NCBI RefSeq assembly: GCF_964355755.1
Contig: NC_092679.1
Span: 20,195,432-20,259,431, forward strand
Reading direction: 5' to 3'
Length of the DNA stretch: 64,000 nt
Source: Antedon mediterranea
Taxonomy: Eukaryota > Animalia > Echinodermata
A program made the position numbers and the translations under genes. Each line of letters opens with the position of its first letter. Within the stretch, counting starts at the first letter, position 1. Of the stretch, positions 49,136 to 61,717 are shown piece after piece. Below the pieces are notes generated by a model. The model saw only the letters and a program-made list of their open reading frames with translations. It was not told the DNA's origin and did no database searches.

Positions 49136-52009
49136 TATGCCTAAAATGCATGATTGTAAATCCCAGTTCTCATGGTATTAACATAATAATGTTCATCTAT
49201 TTTATTTCAATTGGTTTATTTATTATTTAAAAAAAAATCATTGACACCTTTGTCGTTTCATATTTAGAGTCACTGAAATATATATGCTTGTAATAATATA
49301 TAGTCGTTCACTGACTCCATAATGTTTTTATGTCACATGCAAGATCACAAAAAATGATAGTAAATGCTAGTTCTACGTGGTATTAGCAAATAATGTTCAT
49401 CTATTGTATTTCATTTGGTTTACTGTATTTAAATTTTAAAAATTATCATTAATACATTTGTTTAAAAATTTATAATTGTTTATTTTTCACTTCCTATTAA
49501 GGATCACGGAAATCTATATACTTGTAATAAATATAGTCGTTCAATTCACAGTATTTTATGTACCAAATCAAAATTGTAGGCCGGATCTACTAATTCGTGT
49601 TCGGTAAAACATGCGGTTGCGTGTTTAATGGCTCTATATGGATGATCTATAATTTCTGTGATTTGAAGCTTCACAAGTAAACGAAAACGTTTCATTGATC
49701 GAAAGACATCTACTGTAGTAGATTAAAAATGCACGAGGTTTGAATTCCATGCACATTGTTGTGTGTAGCTACCACATGCGTACTCAAATAGTACCTGCGG
49801 TCTTTTTCTCTTTTCTCCATTAGTTTCTTCAATTCAGATAAGGTAAGAACTGAAACTTGTCATACGACTATATTCTATTCATGATAAATAGACGTATTAC
49901 TATATGTTGTTTACATTTAAAAAGAGTTTCGTTAAAATTTCAAATGTTCTATAATAGCCGTGATTCCAAATTCATTGCACACTATGTCCACCGGGCCGAT
50001 ACTCACGACGTTCGTGCTTGAACACTTTCTACTTTCTTCACACGTCACACATTCATGTCGGGTATGAATATATTCTACTACGGTATAGTATAGCGTGTAA
50101 CGCATAGGCATAGAGTACTGTTAATCCATTTTGTAACATCTTAACTACTGTATGATATATATATAGGAATATCCTTGTCATCCTTTGGTTTGCAAGTTAC
50201 ATTTTCATTTTTGGTAAAGGTGTTTATGGTTTTTTATTAGTGTAAAGATTTATCGTCAAGCTGTATTTGATTGATGACAATTTAATCGAATTAAACATGG
50301 TTGTGGTACATAGCTCAGATTGTCTGCATTTATTTATTGAAACTACGTGTTACTTTTAAACGGTCGCCATTCCAGCTCGTCTGTACACACTCAATGACAT
50401 GTATATAGTTTTTCCGGTTACCCAAATGTGTTTTGTAAAGACGCACAGCATATCTCGTGATTACTAGACAATAACATGTTGATGATTGTATGGATAGGGC
50501 CCAGATTAGACTCACATAACCTGTGTTAATTTCTTGAATTGTTTCAATAACTTTATAAAATATTATACAAAGTATTAGTAGTAGGCTTATCCATATTAAA
50601 GAACAACCTCATCATGCGAATCCTTGAGCCGTTCATGATTATTCATTTTGCGAGCCGATCATCCAAGACATGTAAACGCGGGCCAACAAATGAGGGGATA
50701 CGACCCCACATATCGCAATAGTATAACCATAGAGATATTATCTCTATGATAAAACCATGAGAAATAATAACATGCATTTATAGGAATTTTGTCAAAAGCC
50801 GTTTTAGGAAATCGGTTGGATAAAAATAGATATTTGTGATTTGCAATTTCATTTTATTTTGAGAGTATACAAACAAGAAGTGTAAGTTGAATGGAGAGAT
50901 CATTCCCTCCATTCAACGAATACAAAACATTTGTTATGCGTTAATATAAATGACGCATCCCTAGTAATTATTTAATTTATCAACAGAAAACACCGCTTTC
51001 ATCTATGTGATTTCAAAGCGGGACTTGAACCTTAGAAGCGGGATGCAGAGTATCCTCCCTCTTGTCATTAAAATAATTAATATTTTATATTCGTCGAGTA
51101 AAAGAACAGCAAATCTACAAGAAAAACAATTCTCCTCAATTTAACTTATGTGAACCAGGGTGGTTATACCATAGAGATATTATAGTTCACTATAATATCT
51201 CTATGGTTATACCAGGGAAGAGTTAAACTCTTCCCTGGTTATACGTACACTCCCTTATAAACATTCATCATTGTATAGGCCTAATAATCACCGGCACGCG
51301 ATACAAAATCAACCAATCAAATGGATACACTTGGACTAATATAATCAATGCATAACAATGCAAATTCCGATGCATATCCTATTTGGAGTAGTGTTAAGAA
51401 TGCTTATACTTTTTTATTTCTTATATTTTTTATACGTTATTTAATGGAGTCCGTCACATTATTTATTTCTTTAAAATGTTGGTATGAATTCCTTTAATTG
51501 GGCAACGACTAAACTACGTTTACGTTTGTTCGTTGACCAACGAATTAAACTGTATACTACATTTGCATTTATTTTTGTTTGTATACCTTTGTTTTTCATT
51601 TTGGTAACTGTAGTATTTGTCCTGGGTCCTAGTAAGTATCTACTTAGGCCGTGCTAATAATGCTTTCTGATCTCTTTTTGCTTGCATTTTTATATTTTGT
51701 TATGTCATTATTTAAATATTAGTGTTTATGAAATTTAAACTGAACTGATTTACATTGATGAAGTACTTTCGTAACGGCCATGTATTACGGTCCAAAAATG
51801 ATGACGATCTTTGTATCATGGATTGATTTAGTTTAAACGAAATAAATAACAACAAGCTGTATTTTTATACTTTGGAATTTCCTGGCCTTTTGTGATTCAA
51901 ATTGATTGAAATTACTAGTTCATGCATACTCAATTAGTGTTAAGGCCGAAATACATACATGATACAGTGCATCACAGATATCGATGTTTGACTTCAGAAT
52001 TTTGAAAGC

Positions 52010-54722
52010 ATGGTAAGTAGCTTATTTAAAAAAAACTGTATTTAGTACTCGGTTACAACTAAATACTGGATCTAGATATGCGTCACCATCCGAATTAATC
52101 GAGGACGTACAGGTTTCACTGACGGATCCAGGATTTAAAATAGGGCCGGACGATGAACCCCACCCATTGGATCCACTATGTGTTTAAATTATATTTCATA
52201 GGTGTGTGACTATGCCTATTTTCGGATAGGGATATTTTGCTTTTTGTGAAGATGCTATTTACTTAGTATTGTAGTATATTTAATCCATAATGATGATGTA
52301 TTTATTGATTCATTTAAGAGTAATTCGCAGTATTGTTATTTTATGTGTGAGTTCTTTTAAAAAAAATTTCTTACGACTGTTTTTATTTTCACAGGAAAGA
52401 GATCAGATAAAATTTAAGCAATTTCTAACAGATCTCAGCAAATATTATGTAGGTGTAAATTACCGTTGGTTAAGAATGCTTCTCTTTGGTATTATACCCA
52501 TTCAATGTTTAGAAGTAAGCACTACAGGATTTCAATTATTTAATAACCTTGCTGAATCGGGAAAGATTTCAAAAACTGATGTTACCCTTTTGTCAGAAAT
52601 TGCCGAAGTTACCGAGCAGACATCGGCAAAAGATCGTATAGCAGAATATAAAAAGATCATACAATGCAGGAAGACCAAAACAAAAGTAACACCATATCGA
52701 AAGGCACTTTATAAAACTACTGTGAATATTGGGCCTAATGATTTGCTGAATGTTACTAACTTCTACCCCCTTGCTGCTCGTAACTTCGACGATATATGGG
52801 ATGTTGTTTTCTACCTTGAGAAAGAGAAACACTTAGATGATACGCAGGACAAGTGCAAGACGTTCGCAGATCTGCTAAATGAAACCGCACGAAATATTTT
52901 ACTAGGTAAGTTAGAATCGGTCAAACATACATACATATCTGGTTTAAAATTGTGTTATTTCCAAATGGATGTATAGGAAGAGGAGTTTATTCTATAGTCA
53001 TAACTTTACCCTAAACTTGGAGGTTACATTCGATTCTTAAACATTTCAGAATATTTTTTACTGGATTTTTCAGTGTCGGAACACAGGAGTTATTTTAAAA
53101 CTTTTTTGTTACAGATGCTGCTAAGTCTTTACCTTATCAACACTTGGATATACAGTTCAAACAAACTCATCAGCCTGTAACAGCTCCTTTTCCCGAACCA
53201 AAACGAAGACCAAACGCGGAAGATATGCTGACGTCACGTGATCATGAGGGAACTGAAACATTTGTCCTTAGTAAGCCTATTGCCGGACAAAAAAAGAAAC
53301 ACATATTAGAAAAACACACAGTAAGGATAATATCAACTTGATTTTTTTTATAGGCCCAGTGAGGTTAAACAATTCCTCGCATATAATTTATGTTATTGTT
53401 ATTTAGGTATTAATTACGCGTGATATACTTTTAAATGACTGCGAAAAATTAAGGTTCCTTTTTCACAAAATCCAAACAATATTAAAAATGATTGTCTTAT
53501 ATCTACTATTTTCTAGACTTGTCTATGGATATCACTGATTGTAGTAGCTGTGTTGGTTGCCATCGTTATACAACAATCAGTTATAGAACCGACTACAGAA
53601 CCAGTTATAGAACCGACTACAGAACCAGTTGGAGAAACGACTACAACACTAACAGCGCCCTCCAAAGACGGGAATAAAGAAGAAGCACCCAGAGAAATGA
53701 AGGGAAATAATAGGCATGAAAGGGTAATGTATATTTTTACTGATTACCTTTTGCAAATATATATATAATTCCTCCATGCTATTACATTGTAGTATCATAT
53801 TCAAATGTTAGGAGTATTGACATTAAATGATAGATGTCGATTTTTGTTAGGATATGACGATCATTGGGATAAGTTCTCCTCTATGTGTTGATGTAGGCTA
53901 ATTAGTGTGGTATACGATAAATAAGCACTGATTGTTTTATTTATTTGTTAATAGTCGACAGCTCCAGCTAGAGAACGGACGATCTCAAGCAGTAAGTATA
54001 CATTCAACATTCATACTTATAGAATATCTTCTTTTACAGATATACAGCCGTGTTAGGAGGCAAAGTCAGTTTAAAATAAATTAAACAGAAGTATTTCAGT
54101 GTACGGTTACATAGCATATGCCTACATATTTGTTAGTATGATTTTATTTTAAAGGTATTTTGAATGATTTCAACCACAAAAACATTAATTATGCTGGCTG
54201 GGAGGATCATGGTAGCGAAAATTGGGAGATACACAATAAAATAATTAATTCCGGCTACAATTTAGGAGAGCGTTACTCAGGATCAGGTAAAGCATAATTA
54301 TTCTTACTTTTTTTTTCAATAACCCTGACTGACGTCATATTTTGATAGCAATTAGAACTATGGATTTTATAATTTCAGATAATTATTACATCTATGTTGC
54401 AAAAAATGGCAGAGAATCCAGAAAGAAGGGCTACCTTAACAGTCCAGAAATACCAGACGAATGGGACGACGTGTGTCTCAAATTTGATTATTATATTAGT
54501 AACAGGGATTCACAAATCGATGTAGATCACATTTTTAACGGCGAACATAAAAAGGGATTCAAAAGCCCCAAACATCGTCATGAACAATGGAACTCTGCAA
54601 CCGTTACCATCAATACTGTCAATAAACAAAATTCCTACTTTATGTTTTGCGGAAAAGCATCTGGTAGCGGTAAACAAATAGTTGTTATTGACGATATTAG
54701 TTTTAGTGAGGGCGAATGTTAA
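52010..54722 (+). CDS. Gene C: tandem DED - linker - TM - short Thr/Pro stalk - MAM-like domain (predicted type II membrane protein, 479 aa)
   Basis: Clean 7-exon model totalling 1440 nt with no stops: 52010-52012 (ATG|gtaagt), 52395-52905 (DED-DED), 53115-53320, 53517-53723 (TM CLWISLIVVAVLVAIVI after basic KKKHILEKHT), 53955-53991, 54155-54286, 54379-54722 (CLKFDYY..W.SATVTI..VIDDISFSEGEC*). Confidence 0.85.
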
Positions 54723-55701
54723 GTTTTCTATATGATACATGTAAGATCTGGGTAACATCAAACGGTTAACAAAAATGGTAACCGTAAATACGAATACCAG
54801 TACTACATGTAGATGGTATTTTTCAAAACTAAAATATAAATTATTCCACTACTTATTACATTTTAATTTATTCCCTCTCTAGGCATACAACTTTTTTTTT
54901 TTCAAATGTAGGCCTATAATTATGTACATTTACATTTTATTTCATGTTTAGAGACACGGAAATCTATGCTTGTGTAGTCTTAAACCATAAAGTTGATTAT
55001 ATTTTGGGTTTTTTTAGGTTCTTAATAAAAATTTATATAACTAATGTCGAAGTTTTCCTTTCAAATTGAAATTTAAAGAGAATTTATTACACTTTAATAT
55101 TAAAACAAATATAAATGATTTAAGTTCGGCATACAAGTTCGTACATTTTTCTAAAACCTAAGCATGAAGCCGAGTGCTGCAGTATTACATACATATATTA
55201 ATACATACATCTGGAAATATTTTACGCGTCTTGTGATAATTGTGTTTGGCGTGGCCACAATACCTGGTGTATATAAACTTGCTCCATGCATTAGGTGTAC
55301 CTACGTCAACTGTTAACATATACTGTCGTTCCCATGTATGATAACTAGGAGGAGGAAGTACATCTAAACCTATGTTGTGTGGTTTCCGTACACTATTTCC
55401 TGTGACGCAAGTACAGTTGACAGTTTGGCTGTATGTATTTCCTATGATGAAATTTACTGTCATAATTCCATTCGACTTCAAAGTACGCTCTCTTTATTCT
55501 ACGAAGGAATTAGCCTAAACGAACCAGCAGTTAGAATCAAAACCATTCATATTATAATTTGTATTTTTATACTTTGGAATTTCCTGTGTGAGTTATGAAT
55601 TGAAATTAACTGATGCATAACATTAAAGTGGTAAAAATAATTGTGTTTAAAATGGTGGCCTAAATAGAATGTATCGAAGTTATAGCAGCACTATGTGAAG
55701 C

Positions 55702-57857
55702 ATGGTAAGTACAGTCTATTTTTTGGGATTGTATTAGCAAAATTACCATCTGGCAAATACTGACTAATAATACATTGTACCTGATATTCCACTATATCCT
55801 CCTCTATCGAGTGATGTTACTAGGCCTAGTTTATCTTACCATCGACGTAGGCCCATCAGTGTAATGGCATTACCTCGGTGAACGTCTTCATTATAGGCCT
55901 ATTGATAGGATTGTTTTAGATTCAGAATGCTATATAATCGTGAAATGGAAAGACATTTTAACTATGGTACGTTGTTTTTTAACGATGAATTCATATGAGT
56001 CATGCTCAATAACACGTTTTCTTTCCTGCTGTAATTTATGTTTCCAGATAACTCAATAATAATAACAGTTTCATACAGCGTAATTTATCAATAATGTTTA
56101 TGACTCGTCATAAGCATAGCAGCTTTATTTATGCTAATGCCATATCTTTTTTACTGATAAATTTTGAATTTATAGGATACTGATCAGATCAAATTTAAGC
56201 AATTTCTAACAGATCTCAGCAAAGACTATGTCGGTTTAAAGTATCGTTGGTTAAGAATGCTTCTACATGGTATTATACCTATTGGATGTTTAGAAGTTAG
56301 CACTATAGGACTTCAATTATTCAATGAACTTGTTGAACTTGGAAAAATTTCAAAAACTGATGTAAGCCTTTTGTCAGAGGTTGCTGAAACCACCGAACAG
56401 ACATTGGCAAAAAATCGTATCGTCGATTATAAAAGGACTATACAATGCAGTGAAACATAGGAACCAGTTTAACATCATATCGAAGGGCACTTTTCGAAGC
56501 CCTCAGGAATGTTGGGCGTGATGATTTACTTAAGGTTATTGGTTTTTATGCACTGAAAGACTATGGCTTTAACAATATATGGGATGTTGTTTTTTACCTT
56601 GAGAAAGAGAAACTCTTAGATACACAGGACAAGCTAAAACTATTTGCAGATCTCCTGAACGAAATGGCACGAAGTATTTTACTAGGTAAATTAGACTAGA
56701 GAAGATTAAGAGGATCTCGGACAGTATACTGTTAATCTTTTCTAAATTGAGAGTATCATTATCATTGGTCTAGAAAGTTAGTTATAAGTGCATTGATTTC
56801 TCAATGGTTAGCATACCCTTACCATAGATTATTATGAACAACTATTGCCTGAGCATATTTAAACTTGGGGAAAGGTTTCATTAGAGTTTTAATCTTAATG
56901 TGTATTTATGAAATTGTACGTTACGTTAAATGTTTCCATTTATTCTTTTCAGCAGCCGCTCCCAAGACTCTGTAAAGAAGGTGAGAATAATGACTTCACC
57001 AAAAATAATCTTAATGAATTACCTCTGAAAAATTATTATAATGGTCCAGCAATGACGTAATGGTCAAATTGTTTGTATATTATATGTAGTTAATGTATTT
57101 ATGCTTACACCATGATGCTGGAATTGAATTAAATTGACAATTCTCATCCCTTTGTCCGACAAGTAGTCCCATTAAAAAATATTTGAAACGTTTTTAGCAT
57201 CAGTCCATATTTATTTAATGCGATAATACTGTCCAAATATAGAGAGAAAACCACTTCTTCACCACACGTCAATGCTCCTTTGGATTGGCAAAAAGAAGGA
57301 CTCCGACGAATAAAGGAAAATGATCTTAAGAGAAGTTATTCTGGGACGGTAGGCTGTCTATCTATTAAGTATAACTGAATTTTTGAAATAGAAAGGAGTA
57401 GTTATTGGACCTTGTTCTGAACCCCTGACATTATATTCAAATTTGACACTAATAAATAAACATTTCTGTCGTCTCACATGACACTGGTATTCTGAAGACG
57501 CGTAGGCCTCCAAAACGATAGTTTATAATGTCCGTGTTTTCATTGTAGCTTAATTATGTATTTTTAATTGGCCTGGTATTTTATTGTATTGTATTGTTCA
57601 TAACGATCGTTGTTCAGACGTTAGAAAAAGAAGATAAATAACTTTTATTTATTTTAACATTACAGGTGAGAGTATATGATCGAGAATTTAAGTTTGATGG
57701 TGGCCATGAATGGTGGAAGTTTTTTTCAACAGCTACCGATATTGAAACTGGAATTAAAGCGAAAGCAGGGGGTTACAAATCAATGGGTGGAGCAAATGAA
57801 CATGCTATCGAAAACCTAATTTATAAACTAATTGCGCAGGGTATCATAAGAAATTAG
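55702..57857 (+). pseudogene. Gene D: tandem-DED gene with a frameshift, followed by exons encoding an ALF-like or dsRBD-like C-terminal domain
   Basis: ATG|gtaagt at 55702-55704. The DED exon 56176-56685 has a 1-nt deletion near 56457 relative to gene A (gaaacataggaacc vs gaaacattaggaaca), giving TAG at 56458-56460. Micro-exon 56953-56980 (AAPKTL*) is homologous to 37494-37515 but carries TAA. Phase-compatible exons 57243-57348 and 57666-57857 follow. Confidence 0.6.
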
Positions 57858-58293
57858 ATATTTGTATTGTGCTAACAATATTTGTAATAAACTGAATTGT
57901 ATATAAAAAGTACTTTAAAAGTTAGCCCTGACTTCTCTTCTACTTTGATCAATGTAAAAAGACGACAGGCAATGCTTCTGACTGTAAAAGAAATATGCTG
58001 ATTAAAGATTTAATATAAGAAACGTTTGATACACAAAATAAGGTTATTGTTAATAAACCCTTTATCCACTGCTGAATACTGCAGGTTATTGCTGCTAATT
58101 GACTATTTTTAAAAGCTGACAGTATTATACACGAACGAGCACTTACAAAACACAAATCATACGTAGGCCATATCGTATTGTTACATGTTTTCTTTATGTT
58201 CATGGGAAATATTTCCAATTTGTGTTCAAACCGATCCATGCATGCTCTTCCGTATTCGATATTGAATAGTTAATTTTTTGACAGTCAGATAGC

Positions 58294-59112
58294 ATGGATA
58301 CCTTACGTGTATTTCGACCAAATGAGATCGAGATCCAGAAAGAAGCAATGAAAGGTGTTAATGGGAAATGGGGAGTTGTATTAGATACTCGCAGGTCAGT
58401 AGTGGTGAAGACTGTCCCAATTGGTCTACAGAAAAGGGAGGTAGATATATTGAAGAACCTACGACACGAAAATGTTATCCAACTGTTGGGGACTATTGAG
58501 TATGAACTGCCCACGTCAGCATCGTTAGTGCTTGAATATACACCCGACGGAAGCCTATATGATTTCTTACATAAGACAAGACCTCAATTCGACTACTTAG
58601 ATTGGTGCAAACAGGCCGTACGGTCGGTGGAGTATATTCACCGTCACGAAATATTGCATAACGACATACAATCGAAGAATTATTTAGTGTTTGGAAATAT
58701 TATCAAATTAACCGAATTCGGCTTTTCGGAATTCCAACATCAAGACGCTACCTCACGTACTTTTCGCGATACAATTCTCTGGAAGTCTCCCGAAGTTATG
58801 AATAGATATACAAGTGTGGGCCTACATTTTAAACAAGATGTATACTCCTTAGGAGTAGTCTTATGGGAATTGTATCACAAGAAGGAGCCATACAAAGTTC
58901 TGAGTATTGTAGAAATTATTCAACATGTGGTTAACAATAAAGGTTATTTAGAAATTGATGATACATGTGACGTACGCTTGCGTGATGTGATGCTGAATTG
59001 CTGGATGTACCAACCAGACCAAAGACCAACAGCAGAGAAAATTCTGGATTCACTCGAAAACAAAACAGAATTATTTGTGCGAAATACTTCATGGAAAAAA
59101 GAGAAACATAAA
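58294..59112 (+). CDS. Gene E kinase exon: predicted pseudokinase, paralogue of the gene A kinase
   Basis: Strong similarity to 35880-36686 (LVLEY..GSLYDFLH..QFDYLDWCKQAVRSV, DDTCDVRLRDVMLNCW.YQPDQRP), but HRDIKS is HNDIQS, DFG is EFG and GT-WMSPE is DT-WKSPE. Phase-0 donor AAA|gtaagg at 59112. Confidence 0.85.
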
Positions 59113-59649
59113 GTAAGGATAGTACCTAGATTTATTTTATATTTAAGGCATAGTAGTGCAAGTCAAAATCTTAAAGAATTGAACATGCATGTTTAAATGT
59201 CTGCCTCATGAATAACCATATTTATATGGCCCCTGTCTCGTGGCGGGGCCCTTCTGAATCGCTTGGCTCTGGTGATACAGCATAGGCCTTCCTAGCTTGG
59301 GCCTTGCATTCAAACGCCGCTTTTAACACAGAAATTTTAACCCAATAAAAATGTTATTTCATTAAACAATTAAATTACAAGTTCAAATATTATTTATAGT
59401 TTTGAAAATTCTACGTTTAAGTGTAAGTTGAACTGTATATTCAAGGTTATAAATACATTATTTCTAGTCGTTCTTCGTAAACGGGAAATTACAACTTTAT
59501 CGTCCTCAAAAAGTTAAGACGACGGAATTACGCTAAGCTCCGCCCAATTTGTTAAAGCTCATGCATAAATTATTCATGAGCACCGTTCTGTGGCTTCCCG
59601 TCGTGTTTCGTAAAGTCCCTATTGTTAGAAATTTGATTATTGACTTGTC

Positions 59650-60052
59650 CACGTATATAAGATATACCATGATGTAGATTCCACTTTTTTAGCAGACAAT
59701 TTTTACAAAGATTTCTAAACAACAGGCTACTGTACGAGGAAATAAAAAATGGACATTTTGTAATTCCTAATATCAAAGGGTTAGCTTCGAAAACATTTTA
59801 ATATAATACTATTAAATATTGGAATAATCTTTCATCAAACATTAAAGGTATAAAAACACTTAATGAGTATAAAAGTGCTATAAAGCTTTATCTTAGTAAT
59901 GTGCATAGCTAGACTGATAGTCTTGTGAACTGTTATATTTTTGTGAATTTTTCTATGTTTTTGTTTTAAGGACCTCATTGGAATTAAGCTTTTTTTTTAG
60001 CTTTATGGGTAAATCCTTGGTATGTTGATTGGACCGAATAAAACAAACAAGC
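59650..60052 (+). mobile_element. 3' remnant of a CR1/L2-type LINE
   Basis: Degenerate C-terminal frame FVIPNIKGLASKTF*YNTIKYWNNLSSNIKGIKTLNEYKSAIKLYL, then a 3' UTR with aataaaacaaacaa. Confidence 0.6.
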
Positions 60053-60059
60053 AAAATCT

Positions 60060-60830
60060 TATCCTTTGGTTGATTTAAGACTTTCTCCTAATTTGTTTTT
60101 GGGAGTTGTATTTATGTTTATGTTGTGATGTTTCAATGCTCTTCTTAATCTTTCAATCATTCCTTCCACGTACGGTAAATCGATGTTTACTCTGGATTTT
60201 TCGCTATCTGTTGTTTAGTTATTTCTTTGTCTTTATTTGTTTTCTTATGTTCATTTTTGTTCTTGACTCTTTCGAAACTCAAGTTTGGATATCCGCATGT
60301 TGATAATGTTGCTTTAATGTGACTCATTTCTTGTTATTGTCCTTCTGTCGATGCGATGGATTCACATCTATTCACTAAATACTAGGGTGTTGACTACGCT
60401 GAGTTTGTGTTTGAGTAGGTGGTTAGATTAGAAGTGCAGGTATGTATGTGTACATTTTCTATACATTGATGTTTCTATTGTCTTGGATGGTGATAAGAGT
60501 ATTGAGGAAAGGGATGGTATTGTTTTGCATGTTCTCCATATTGAATTTTATTTGGCCTGTCTGGTCAATGGTGTTCAAATATTGGAGGAGTTCTTCTAAT
60601 CCAATTGGTACGATTGCCAGGATGTCATCTACATATCTGCGCCAGAATATCGGTGTGATGTTGCTGTTTCTGTGGCACGTTGTCTTCCGTGAACATATTC
60701 GCCATTATGGGGCTAACAGGGCTACCCATTGCCATTCCCGCCTTCTGTTTAAAAAATCACCATCAAACGTAAAATATGTTTTGTTAAGAACGAGACTCAA
60801 CAGCTCTGAAGATAGCCGAAACGTAGCAAG
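60060..60830 (-). mobile_element. Penelope-like element RT fragment
   Basis: Minus-strand GMAMGSPVSPIMANMFTE..WRRYVDDILAIV..LNTIDQTGQIKFNME..IPFLNTLI (PLE-type RT motifs), with stops and indels. Confidence 0.8.
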
Positions 60831-61717
60831 AAGTACGAGAATTCACAAATATTATATTGAATGTTTATTTTTTTGCTGAACGGTTTTATTTAGTCTAAGA
60901 GTATCTACAGACCTACGATAGAAGAATAAGAGCTGCAATAGGTACTTTGTTGCCGTCTGTGTTTAGTATGGTACATTGTAGACTTGCCCCAAGTCTGTAT
61001 TCATGTCTTTTTTTATTTATTTGTTTTTATTTGATTTTTGTCTCAAGTAGTATACGTATGAAACGCCATATGTGCCAAAATATTTATCTTTTTACTAATA
61101 TTAAAACAAAACTCCGTCTGGAACCCAGACTAGGTACATTGTTATAAATACGAAATGCAAATAATTATTTAAAGTTTATTACTGCAGTTGGGAAATATAT
61201 TTTAAAGGCGTAGCGGTGAAATAAACTATGCGACTGTCATGTCTAATTAATTTTATCATAAGCAAATTCATCAAACATCCAATGTGTCAGAATTTACAAG
61301 TATTCGGTGAGCGATACCAACACAAAAACATTCAAATTTAAACAATTAATTTGGACTCATTTTGCAACAAGTTTTTATTTCGGAAGTTCCCATGGTGCTA
61401 AATAAATCACCGTGTCTATTTTTTCGTTCCTGTGAACGACAGGTATTATTTAGTCCTGCGGTACACAACATAGCCTTATAGCCGTACATTGAAAATCGCC
61501 AGTTTTTTTACACCGAAATTACCGTGTATTCGAGAACCATCTGGCATCTAGTATGTTTAGAATTTGAAATAGGTAAGTATTAATGCCTATGCAATTTTCT
61601 GCAATACAGTACAATTACATCAGTTTTCAAATACATCATTCGAGTCTGCCAATATATAATTTTGTTAATGTTAATATGCTCTTATTTTTCCCTTATTGAT
61701 GATTTTTTTAATTACAG

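Noticed and set aside
49160-49560. About 200-bp local duplication 3' of gene B (a similar one lies at 190-400)
   Set aside because: Ordinary degenerate tandem duplication with no evident function.
60442-60879. 145-aa hydrophobic + strand ORF
   Set aside because: Antisense shadow of the Penelope RT fragment.
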